NCBI GenBank assembly: GCA_964016885.1
Contig: OZ024740.1
Location: 76,322,001-76,386,000 of the forward strand
Reading direction: 5' to 3'
Source: Eledone cirrhosa
Taxonomy: Eukaryota
Length of the DNA stretch: 64,000 bases
Shown piece after piece: positions 52,670-64,000 of the stretch. A program made the position numbers and the translations under genes. The notes under the pieces are model-generated. The model was not told where the DNA came from and did not search any database. It saw nothing but the letters and a program-made list of their open reading frames with translations. The stretch's first letter is position 1. Every line of letters starts with the position of its first letter.

Positions 52670-52880
52670 AAACCACCAGTTCCTCTTCCTATTATCACAT
52701 GAGCCACATGACAGGTGCAATGTGTCCGAAAACGCCATCGCCCCCGTCTCTCTCGTCCTACCCATCTCTCTGTATAGTGAGCAAATGGGGTCCCACGTGT
52801 TGGCAGCCCTACAGCCCCGGTGGACAGAATGGAGAAGGCGTTTCCCCGGAGGACGGTAAGGGAGATGCGCTGCAATTTAT
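52670..52880 (-). mobile_element. CRE-like LINE C-terminal fragment
   Basis: LQRISLTVLRGNAFSIL, the same motif as at 5840-5890. Confidence 0.65.
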
Positions 52881-53736
52881 GTGTAATAACGAACATTTTT
52901 TCTTGCTTAATGTTGACGTATGTATTTATCCTATCATCTAAATTAAGTGACTTCATCTGATATTTGCTCAGTTTATTGCTAGACGGAAAGATCTTCTTTC
53001 TGTACGATATCTTTTCTAGTAGTAAATTTTTAGTTGCGAAAGTTTACCGAAGAATACATGATGTCCAGAGACTAGGTGGTGATCATGTTATTCAATTGCT
53101 AGAATATTTGAATTTACATTCTGAGGAAGATCTGATGGAGTTATAAATGCCTTACCTTTACATAAAATTATCTGATATGCACTATATTCTAGCATTAATT
53201 TTAACATAGTGCTGTGAAGAGAAAAGAAATGCTGTTTGAAGATAAAAGGAAACAAAAACATTTTCAAACTATACTAAATATATATTTGTCCGGTAAAATT
53301 TAGATTAGATTGTAATGATACAATGCATATATTTATATTTCTTACTATCTTAATTTGCTTCCTATTGATTCTGTATGTGTTATCAAACGCGGGTTTGAGA
53401 AAGTACAAGATTGATGACTGGCGCGAATAAGACCACCACAACTTTAATAAACTGGGAAGCATGAGATGAACGCACAAACGTTCCGCATCCCGAGACGCCA
53501 AAGAGGGTTCGGAAGGTTGCAAACCTTTATGTATTGAAAAACAAGGAGTTGTTTTGGAATATTTCATATGCATGTCATACGCGATTAACATACAGCATTT
53601 TACTGGGATTGATTAACTGTGTTAGGTAGAGATTGATGTGTGATTATATATATATGTATGTATGTGTGTGTGTGTATGAATGTGTGTATGTATGTATGGA
53701 TGTGTGTATGTATGAATATATGAATGTGTGTATGTA

Positions 53737-54625
53737 CGAGGTGTGTCAGAAAAGTTCCAGCGTTGATGTCACAAAAGATTTATTTCAAACCCAAACTTCA
53801 CACTAAGAGTTTTCTCTTTCAAAGTAATCCCCCTGGAGTCTAATGCACTTTTCCATCCTTTTCTGCCACGCTTGCATGCACTCCTGGAAGGATTCTTCCG
53901 GGATCCTCTGCAGTTCCGTCGTCACGGCCTTTTTGATGTCGTCCACGTCTTCAAAACGGGTCTCCTCCGGGTCGTACTCATGATGATCCATGACTCATCA
54001 CCGGTGATGACTGTCCCTAGCAAGTCTGGTTCGGTTACAAGACGCTCGATGATGTCCTGGCACACTTGCATGCGTTGACCCTTCTGGTCATCGTTCAGCA
54101 GTTTTGGCACCATCTTAGCGCAGACTTTCCGACTGTCCAAATCTTCAGTGAGAATCTTCCAGACGCTGTCCCGATTCATGCTCAGCTCATTTGCCATCAG
54201 TCGAACAGTCAGCCGACGATGGCTACGCACCATCTGCCTGACGCGCTCAACGTTGACCTCAGTCCTGGTTGTTGAGGGCCTTCCGCTCCTGGGGTCATCT
54301 TCCACGTCCTCGCGTCCTTCTTTAAACCTCTTGCACCACTCTAAAACACGTGAGCGTGACATCGTCTCATCTCCATACACTTGCTGCAGCAACCGTACCA
54401 GAATCTTCAAGTTTGTTCGTTGCTCTGTGCTCATTGCTTGACGACCTGAAACAGAGGACATGTATATAAAATTATGAAGAAAAAAGTTTGATCGTTGCAG
54501 AGAGCTAAGATTACAGTTACATACTCCAGGAGGATTACTTTGAAGGAGAAAACTCCTAGTGTGAAGTTTGGGTTTGAAATAAATCTTTTGTGACATCAGT
54601 CCTGGAACTTTTCTGACACACCTCG
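53737..54625 (-). mobile_element. Internally deleted mariner transposon with TA duplication and ~100-bp extended inverted ends
   Basis: TA-CGAGGTGTGTCAGAAAAGTTCCAG ... CTGGAACTTTTCTGACACACCTCG-TA. Transposase remnants: EWCKRFKEGREDVEDDPRSGRP, AKMVPKLL, ITGDESW and WQKRMEKCIRLQGDYFE. Confidence 0.95.
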
Positions 54626-54728
54626 TATGTATGTATGTATGTATGTATGTATGTATGTATGTATGTATGTATGTATGTATGTATGTATGTATGTATGTAT
54701 GTATGTATGTATGTATGTATGTATGTAT

Positions 54729-55336
54729 GTCAGGTCACCAGTTGGTGCTACTGGTAACATGTATCCCAGTACAACCTGACCCATGGTCGGGTCGTTGGCG
54801 ACTAAACTGGCAACCCCACCAAGGTTTCTTGGTGAGGAGGGTGACTTTGGACATCCTGCAGGACTAAAAACAAAACCTGTCAAAGGGCAAAGGAGCTCTT
54901 AAGAGTCAATGGCCATCCAAAATCACCGGGAGAGATGACCCCTTAGCCTTTGTCAAGGCAGAATTCTAGGAGATGGAAAACTCTGATATAACACCTGCAA
55001 CCCTGATGGTATCCAATGATGTTGACTTGTTCTTCTTTTTGGTAAATATCATCTTGGTTAAGAGAGTGGGACTGGCTTTGTGCAGTGCCTTTGCTCACTA
55101 TAAAAGCTTCACGGCACAGGCATTGCTTTATATCTGGAGATCTCTCTGCACTTGTCGTCACAGGGTACCATGGGCCCAGCACTATGTGTCAATATTTGTC
55201 ACAAGTGTAGTGTTTGTACCAGAGTTTTCAAGTCGCTGGCTGGACTAAAAAGTCACTCGTTCAGCGCATCGGTAGGGGTTCTCCTATATGGATATAAAGT
55301 AGTGGCCGTACTCGAAAACGAGTTGGCAGCCACCAT
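54729..55336 (+). mobile_element. Family A, full length
   Basis: Near-identical to 14545-15151. Confidence 0.95.
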
Positions 55337-56578
55337 ATATATATGTATATATATATGTGTATATATGTATATGTATGTGTATATATATGTATGTGTATGT
55401 GTATATATATGTATATATATATATATGTATATGTGTATGTATGTATGTGTATATGTGTGTATATGTATATATATGTATATGTGTGTATATATGTATATGT
55501 ATGTATATATGTATGTATATGTATGTGTATGTGTATATATATGTATATGTATATGTGTGTATATGTGTATATATGTATGTGTATATGTATGTATATGTGT
55601 ATGTATGTATGTGTATGTATATATATGTGTGTATATGTATATATGTATATGTGTATATGTGTATATGTGTATATATGTATATATATGTATATGTATATGT
55701 ATGTATGTATATGTATGTGTATATGTATATGTGTATATATGTATGTGTATGTATGTGTATATGTGTATATGTGTATATGTGTATATGTGTGTATATATGT
55801 ATATATGTGTATATATGTATATGTGTATGTGTGTATATGTATATATATGTATATGTGTGTATATGTATATATGTATGTGTATGTATGTGTGTATATATGT
55901 ATATGTATATATGTGTATATGTGTGTATATATGTGTGTATGTATATATGTATATATGTATATGTATGTATATGTGTATATGTGTATATGTATATGTATAT
56001 GTATGTATATGTATGTATATGTATGTGTATGTATATGTATGTATATGTATGTGTATGTATATGTATGTATGTATATATGTATGTATATGTATGTGTATAT
56101 GTATGTATATGTGTATGTATGTATATGTGTATATATGTATATATATGTATATGTATGTGTATATATATGTATATATGTGTATATGTATGTATGTATATGT
56201 GTGTATGTGTATATATATATATGTGTATATGTGTGTATATGTATATGTATGTATATGTGTGTATATGTATATGTATGTATATGTGTGTATATGTATATGT
56301 ATGTATATATATGTGTATGTATATGTATATGTATGTATGTATATGTATATGTGTATATGTATGTATATGTGTGTATATGTATATATATGTATATGTGTAT
56401 ATATATGTATGTGTGTGTATGTGTATATGTATGTATATATGTGTGTATGTATATGTGTATATGTGTATATATATGTATATATGTGTATGTGTATATGTAT
56501 ATGTGTGTATATGTGTATATATGTATATGTGTGTGTATGTATATGTATATGTATGTATATGTATATGTATGTATATAT
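55337..56578 (+). repeat. 1.24-kb degenerate (TA/TG/TATG)n microsatellite
   Basis: Alternating purine-pyrimidine tract; the 400-520-aa ORFs are artefacts. Confidence 0.95.
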
Positions 56579-57191
56579 GTCAGGTCACCAGTTGGTGCTA
56601 CTGGTAACATGTATCCCAGTACAACCTGTCTCATGGTCGGGTCGTTGGCGACTAAACTGGCAACCCCACCAAGGTTTCTTGGTGAGGAGGGTGACTTTGG
56701 ACATCCTGCAGGACTAAAAACAAAACCTGTCAAAGGGCAAGGGAGCTCTTAAGACTCAATAGCCATCCAAAATCACCGGGAGAGATGACCCCTTAGCCTT
56801 TGTCAAGGCAGAATTCTAGGAGAAGGAAAACTCTGATATAACACCTGCAACCCTGATGGTATCCAATGATGTTGACTTGTTCTTCTTTTTGGTAAATATC
56901 ATCTTGGTTAAGAGAGTGGGACTGGCTTTGTGCAGTGCCTTTGCTCACTATAAAAGCTTCACAGCACAGGCATTGCTTTATATCTGGAGATCTCTCTGCA
57001 CTTGTCATCACATGGTACCATGGGCCCTGCACTATGTGTCAATAATGGTCACAAGTGTAGTCTTTGTACCAGAGTTTTCAAGTCGCTGGCTGGACTAAAA
57101 AGTCACATTCTTTCAGCGCATCGGTAGGGGTTCTCCTACATGGATATAAAGTAGTGGCCATACTCGAAAACGAGTTGGCAGCCACCACCAT
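56579..57191 (+). mobile_element. Family A, full length
   Basis: Same head and 3' hairpin. Confidence 0.95.
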
Positions 57192-57235
57192 GTATGTATG
57201 TATGTATGTATGTATGCATGTATGTATGTATGTAT

Positions 57236-57550
57236 GTTATCTCTTTCTCTTAACTTCGAGTATATTTTTTTGACCGGCCACCTTCCTGGTGGCAAGGTTG
57301 TAAAAGAAAAGAAATTGTCATCCCTTGAATCGCAAGAATGTTTTGCAAATTTTGAAGGTGCCAGCTATCGCAACCATTTGCAGACTATGAATTAGGGAGC
57401 TGCGCTCTTTGTCCACAAATCCAAGTTCAGTCATACTTTGGTCCAAGCGGGTTGGTATATAACCCGTAGCTCCAATAATGATGGGTATTAAGCTAAAGGT
57501 ATATCTTGGATACTGGATCTGTAAACTCCTCATGAATGCTCTTTCTCCTG
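57236..57550 (-). mobile_element. R4-like RLE LINE 3' fragment (second CATA family) flanked by (TATG)n
   Basis: MRSLQIQYPRYTFSLIPIIIGATGYIP..LQMVAIAGTFKICKTFLRF*. Confidence 0.82.
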
Positions 57551-57596
57551 TGTATGTATGTATGAATGTATGATTGTATGAATGTATGTATGTATG

Positions 57597-58612
57597 TTCT
57601 TCTGGTTTTATAATTTCACAAATGTTTACCAATACTGAGAGAGAGTGGGTTTCTAACATAGACACGAGACTCTCTCATTGGAATTTACACAACATCAACT
57701 AGGTAGATTATGTATGCATGCATGCGTAGATATTGTTGTTATTGTATGTGCGGATGTGTATGTTTTGAGTTGTATGTGTGCATGTGTATATGCTTTGCAT
57801 CTGTACATGTGTATATGCAGTTATTAGATGCAAAATATTTGGAATGTTTTACATATTTTTACTGTTCCATTAATGGATTGTACTTGTAATTTCCTAACTA
57901 GTTGTGTTCTTTCTGTTCCTGTGAAGCCTAGCTTCTCAAGATTTGTATTGAGTCAATTACTAACATACCCCAGTGCCTCAATAATCACAGGCATAAATCT
58001 GAAGGTGTAATCAGGGTGGAGTATCTGCAGATTTCTCATCAGTTCTGCATAAATATTCTCCTTTTCGCTAATCTTTGATATTATATTGGCATCTGCTGGG
58101 CAGCTAATTTCCACTAATGTGCATGCCTTCTTTTCCCTGTCCCATATCATAATATCTGGTCTGTTATGTCTGCATTTTATTGAGGTTTTTACTGGAACAT
58201 TCCACCAGTACTCTTTCATATTATGTACATGGATGTCTTCCACATTGCTGTAGCTTTTAATGTGTTTATTATCGGAGCTATCTTTTTTACGAACTGCATT
58301 GTACAGTGTTTTGGCCACTACATCATGCCTCATAGGTAGATAGTACCGCGATGACATCATTGATAGACGAAATCCGAGCAGTTGATGTTGGAACTCGAAA
58401 AATACTAACCAACACCGGAAACTTCCACATCAACAGTGACATAGACCGCCTTTACTTGAAACGTAAGCAGGGAGGCAGAGGCCTAACATCAGTCCAGACA
58501 ACATTTGAATGTCGCATCATATCTCTCCGACAACATCTACGAACCTCGAAGCGAAGGAGCCCGTTTCTTGAACAAGTCTATCTGCATGAAACAGATAAGA
58601 TCATGAGAGTCT
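57597..58612 (-). mobile_element. R4-like RLE LINE, 5'-truncated with an inverted 5' segment
   Basis: Minus strand 57597-58360: RHDVVAK..YWWN..HNRPDIMI..VEISCP..KENIY. Plus strand 58360-58612: RKILT..FHINSDIDRLYLKRKQGGRGL. Confidence 0.87.
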
Positions 58613-60001
<1,389 letters not shown>

Positions 60002-60115
60002 AATACAAAAGGCACGGAAGTAACAAAGCAAAAGACAGTGAAGTGAAGAAATATATTATTAGTTTTACACTTGATTTGATATATTAGGAAAAAAGTTTAA
60101 ATGTTTCGGACGCTA

Positions 60116-60146
<31 letters not shown>

Positions 60147-60191
60147 TGTATGTATGTATGTATGTATGTATGTATGTATGTATGTATGAAT

Positions 60192-60800
60192 GTCAGGTCA
60201 CCAGTTGGTGCTACTGGTAACATGTATCCCAGTACAACCTGTCCTATGGTCGGGTCGTTGGCGACTAAACTGGCAACCCCACCAAGGTTTCTTGGTGAGG
60301 AGGGCGACTTTGGACATCCTGCAGGACTAAAAACAAAACCTGTCAAAGGGCAAAGGAGCTCTTAAGAGTCAATGGCCATCCAAAATCACCGGGAGAGATG
60401 ACCCCTTAGCCTTTGTCAAGGCAGAATTCTAGGAGAAGGAAAACTCTGACATAACACTTGCAACCCTGATGGTATCCAATGATGTTGACTTGTTCTTCTT
60501 TTTGGTAAATATCATCTTGGTTAAGAGAGTGGGACTAGCTTTGTGCAGTGCCTTTGCTCACTATAAAAGCTTCACGGCACAGGCATTGCTTTATATCTGG
60601 AGATCTCTCTGCTCTTGTCATCACATGGTACCATGGGCCCAGCACTATGTGTCAATAATTGTCACAAGTGTAGTGTTTGTACCAGAGTTTTCAAGTTGCT
60701 GGCTGGACTAAAAAGTCACACTCGTTCAGCGCACGGTAAGGGTTCTGCTACATGGATATAAAGTAGTGGCCGTACTCGAAAACGAGTTGGCAGCCACCAT
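60192..60800 (+). mobile_element. Family A, full length
   Basis: Family match. Confidence 0.95.
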
Positions 60801-60845
60801 GTATGTATGTATGTATGTATGTATGTATATATATGTATATATATG

Positions 60846-60876
<31 letters not shown>

Positions 60877-61072
60877 GTATGTATGTATATGTATATGTAT
60901 ATGTGTGTATGTATATATATGTATATATGTATATATGTATATATATATATATGTATATATGTATATATGTATATATGTATATATGTATATATGTATGTGT
61001 ATATATGTGTATATATATGTATATATGTGTATATATATCTATATATGTATATATGTATATGTCTATGTATAC

Positions 61073-61326
61073 GTGCCTTTGCTCACTATAAAAGCTTCAC
61101 GGCACAGGCATTGCTTTATATCTGGAGATCTCTCTGCACTTGTCATCACATGGTACCATGGGCCCAGCACTATGTGTCAATAATTGTCACAAGTGTAGTG
61201 TTTGTACCAGAGTTTTCAAGTCACTGGCTGGACTAAAAAATCACACTCGTTCAGCGCTTCGGTAGGGGTTCTCCTACATGGATATAAAGTAGTGGTCGTA
61301 CTCGAAAACGAGTTGGCAGCCGCCAT
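61073..61326 (+). mobile_element. Family A, 5'-truncated
   Basis: Starts GTGCCTTTGCTCAC; 3' end intact. Confidence 0.92.
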
Positions 61327-61410
61327 GTATGTATGTATGTATGTATGTATGTATGTATGTATGTATGTATGTATGTATGTATGTATGTATGTATGTATGT
61401 ATGTATGTAT

Positions 61411-61861
61411 GTCAGGTTACCAGTTGGTGCTACTGGTAACATGTATCCCAGTACAACCTGTCCTATGGTCGGGTCGTTGGCGACTAAACTGGCAACCCCA
61501 CCAAGGTTTCTTGGTGAGGAGGGCGACTTTGGACATCCTGCAGGACTAAAAACAAAACCTGTCAAAGGGCAAAGGAGCTCTTAAGAGTCAATGGCCATCC
61601 AAAATCACCGGGAGAGATGACCCCTTTGCCAAGGCAGAATTCTAGGAGAAGGAAAACTCTGATATAACACCTGCAACCCTGATGGTTTCCAATGATGTTG
61701 ACTTGTTCTTCTTTTTGGTAAATATCATCTTGGTTAAGAGAGTGGGACTGGCTTTGTGCAGTGCCTTTGCTCACTATAAAAGCTTCACGGCACAGGTATT
61801 GCTTTATATCTGGAGATCTCTCTGCACTTGTGCTGTACTCGAAAACGAGTCGGCAGCCACC

Positions 61862-61863
<2 letters not shown>
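61411..61863 (+). mobile_element. Family A with an internal ~150-bp deletion
   Basis: GCACTTGT is joined directly to GCTGTACTCGAAAACGAG; the zinc-finger remnant is missing. Confidence 0.92.
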
Positions 61864-61894
<31 letters not shown>

Positions 61895-62032
61895 TGTATG
61901 TATGTATGTATGTATGTATGTATGTATGCATGACAAGTCGCTCTTCAGCGCTCCTGGTAACATGTATATAGATACTGAGATAACCTAAAATACTCACACG
62001 AAGACATACGTATATTTATCATGCATACATAA

Positions 62033-62264
<232 letters not shown>

Positions 62265-62350
62265 ACTAAAAGGCAGAGTTAATAACTCATATTAATACCC
62301 TGTAATTAACAAGCTCAAAGTATAAATACTGAGCATTATATAATGATATA

Positions 62351-62533
62351 GTAGATTGGCAGTATCGGTAGTGGCTCGGACGCCATGCTTTCCAGCATAG
62401 TTACGTCCCTTTATGATCTTAGTTCAAATCCCGCCGAGGTTGACTTTGCCTTTCATCCTTACGGGGTCGATAAAATAAAGTACCAGTAACGCACTGGTTA
62501 ATTGCTAGCCTTGTGCCTAAAGTAGAAACAATT
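62351..62533 (+). mobile_element. SINE S1, full length
   Basis: A box TGGCAGTATCGG, B box GTTCAAATCCC; probable TSD ATTATATAAT(G/A)ATATA. Confidence 0.93.
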
Positions 62534-62541
62534 ATATAATA

Positions 62542-62615
62542 ATATATGTAGTAATAAACACAGTAAATTGCGTATCTAAAATTTTAGACACACAATTTGC
62601 TGTGTTTATTACCAC

Positions 62616-62620
<5 letters not shown>
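62542..62620. repeat. Imperfect ~78-bp palindrome next to (TA)n
   Basis: ATATGTAGTAATAAACACAGTAAATTG..TCTAAAA/TTTTAGA..CAATTTGCTGTGTTTATTACCACATAT. Confidence 0.85.
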
Positions 62621-62654
<34 letters not shown>

Positions 62655-63096
62655 GTGTATATACAATATGTTTATGCATAATAAACATGTGTATATACTA
62701 AATAATAAACATGCGTAATATATGTGTATATACGTATATATATATATATTATTTTTATCCACGGTTACTTACTTGCATATACCATTGTCCTGTGCCCCCC
62801 CCCCCCCCACCGTACATTCGGTTAGTTTACTTTTCCTCTTTCCTTTTTCTCTTTCTTCATCTCTGTTCACTATCTCATCTTTTCTTCCTCTCAGGGCCTT
62901 TTGATTGATAAAAGGCCTTGGGCGCGCTGCTGATCGATTTCGATGTTCTGTTGTAATCGCCGAAACATCTATGATCTGCAGCTAACAGCTGATTAAGGGT
63001 TTCTTCCCTTGTTTCGTCCATAGTACCATCTTAAACTTTGTTTACAGTAACCCCACAGCTCACTTCGTTTCTTGTAATTTTATATATATATTAAGA

Positions 63097-63383
63097 TCGG
63101 TGCTCTGAAATAGCGATGTGTACATGAATGTATGTATAGTATATTTGGCAATATACCATATGTTTAATTAAAACATTTAGAAGATCATACGGTATAAGAT
63201 TTAAAGTAGTGACTATGTCACTTATTTCTTTTCGATTAAAGAAGGGAGAGAAGCTGACAATCTGTTTCACGTTGATTGGCGTTCATCAGAATCGCGTACT
63301 CTCCTGCTTCCGCTAATAGCGTATGGTCTTCTAAATGTTTTTAATTAAACATACGGTATATTGCCAAATATACTATACATACA

Positions 63384-63388
<5 letters not shown>
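63097..63388 (-). mobile_element. Homolog of the 20.5-kb retrozyme-like unit, with fold-back
   Basis: Shares GGTGCTCTGAAATAGCGAT..ATGAATGTAT with the 20.5-kb unit; arms ~63124-63192 / ~63319-63388. Confidence 0.75.
63251..63296 (-). ncRNA. Hammerhead ribozyme motif, core intact, stem I decayed
   Basis: CTGATGA-ACG-CCAATCAA-CGT-GAAAC-AGATT-GTC. Confidence 0.75.
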
Positions 63389-63461
<73 letters not shown>

Positions 63462-63849
63462 TAAATATAAATATATATAAGAGAGTATTGAAGTTTGCCT
63501 GAAGCATTGAAGCATTGTGGAATAATAAGATTTTTTTTTTTTTGGGGGGGGGGGGTCGTTTTGGAAGCCTCAACAATGCAGATGGGTAGATCTCCAGGTA
63601 ACAGAATCTGGTGGTGAAGAGAGAGATGTAAGGGAATGTAGAATGAGATGTATAGTTGTATAGTGTGTAGAGGAACGTAGGAAAGAGCGTAAAAAATAAA
63701 AATAATAACACGAGATAGAGTTATGTTGGGAGAGATTTAATTGTCCCTATATTTCGAATTCGCATCCATCACTGGGCGGTTGGCCGGGGGGGGGGGGAAG
63801 TTATCTGTCGGAGAGAAACAGTACGTGTCCTCTGCTGTCCACTGTTTGT

Positions 63850-63883
<34 letters not shown>

Positions 63884-64000
63884 ACCAGGTGGACCATAAC
63901 GCACCAAAGTACTCAATACTTAGGGTAGTAGAGTGGGTAATAGGAACGAGTAGGACCCTGACGGCTGAGCTCAAGCCGTTTCGACGGCTAATTCTGGACT
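63884..64000 (-). mobile_element. Third copy of the 38.9-kb Penelope-like terminus (runs off the window end)
   Basis: Nearly identical to 39123-39236. Confidence 0.88.

Noticed and set aside
55152-56752. Longest ORFs (416-521 aa) and the many YI/MYVC/TH-rich ORFs elsewhere
   Set aside because: They are translations of simple repeats that lack stop codons.

Overview
This is a eukaryotic, AT-rich, microsatellite-saturated window. I found no host protein-coding exon, rRNA, true tRNA or CRISPR array. The SINE/LINE repertoire and simple-repeat density resemble an octopus or other coleoid cephalopod genome (inference). The window is a nested pile of mobile DNA. (1) Two RTE-clade LINEs: a full-length but disrupted copy at 9172-13123 with C-terminal C2H2 fingers, and a decayed copy at ~33985-37290. 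(2) Eleven same-strand copies of a ~610-bp non-autonomous element made of an RTE 5' leader plus an RTE 3' tip. It sits in (TATG)n and forms head-to-tail arrays, and it has a sister family. (3) R4/Dong-clade RLE LINEs: one in (TAA)n and several in (CATA)n, the opposite strand of the RTE target. (4) Tx1/L1-like, CRE-like, mariner, Tigger-like and Helitron remnants, and two tRNA-derived SINE families. (5) The least obvious layer: about nine type-I hammerhead ribozyme motifs, mostly in unrelated sequences. Three have an intact core and stems, and many have a short palindromic stem III. They lie inside non-coding fold-back or partial-tandem units near (TA)n. One sits downstream of a Penelope-like GIY-YIG C-terminus, suggesting a diverse Penelope/retrozyme-like RNA system. 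All calls were made by eye, and coordinates of decayed elements are approximate.
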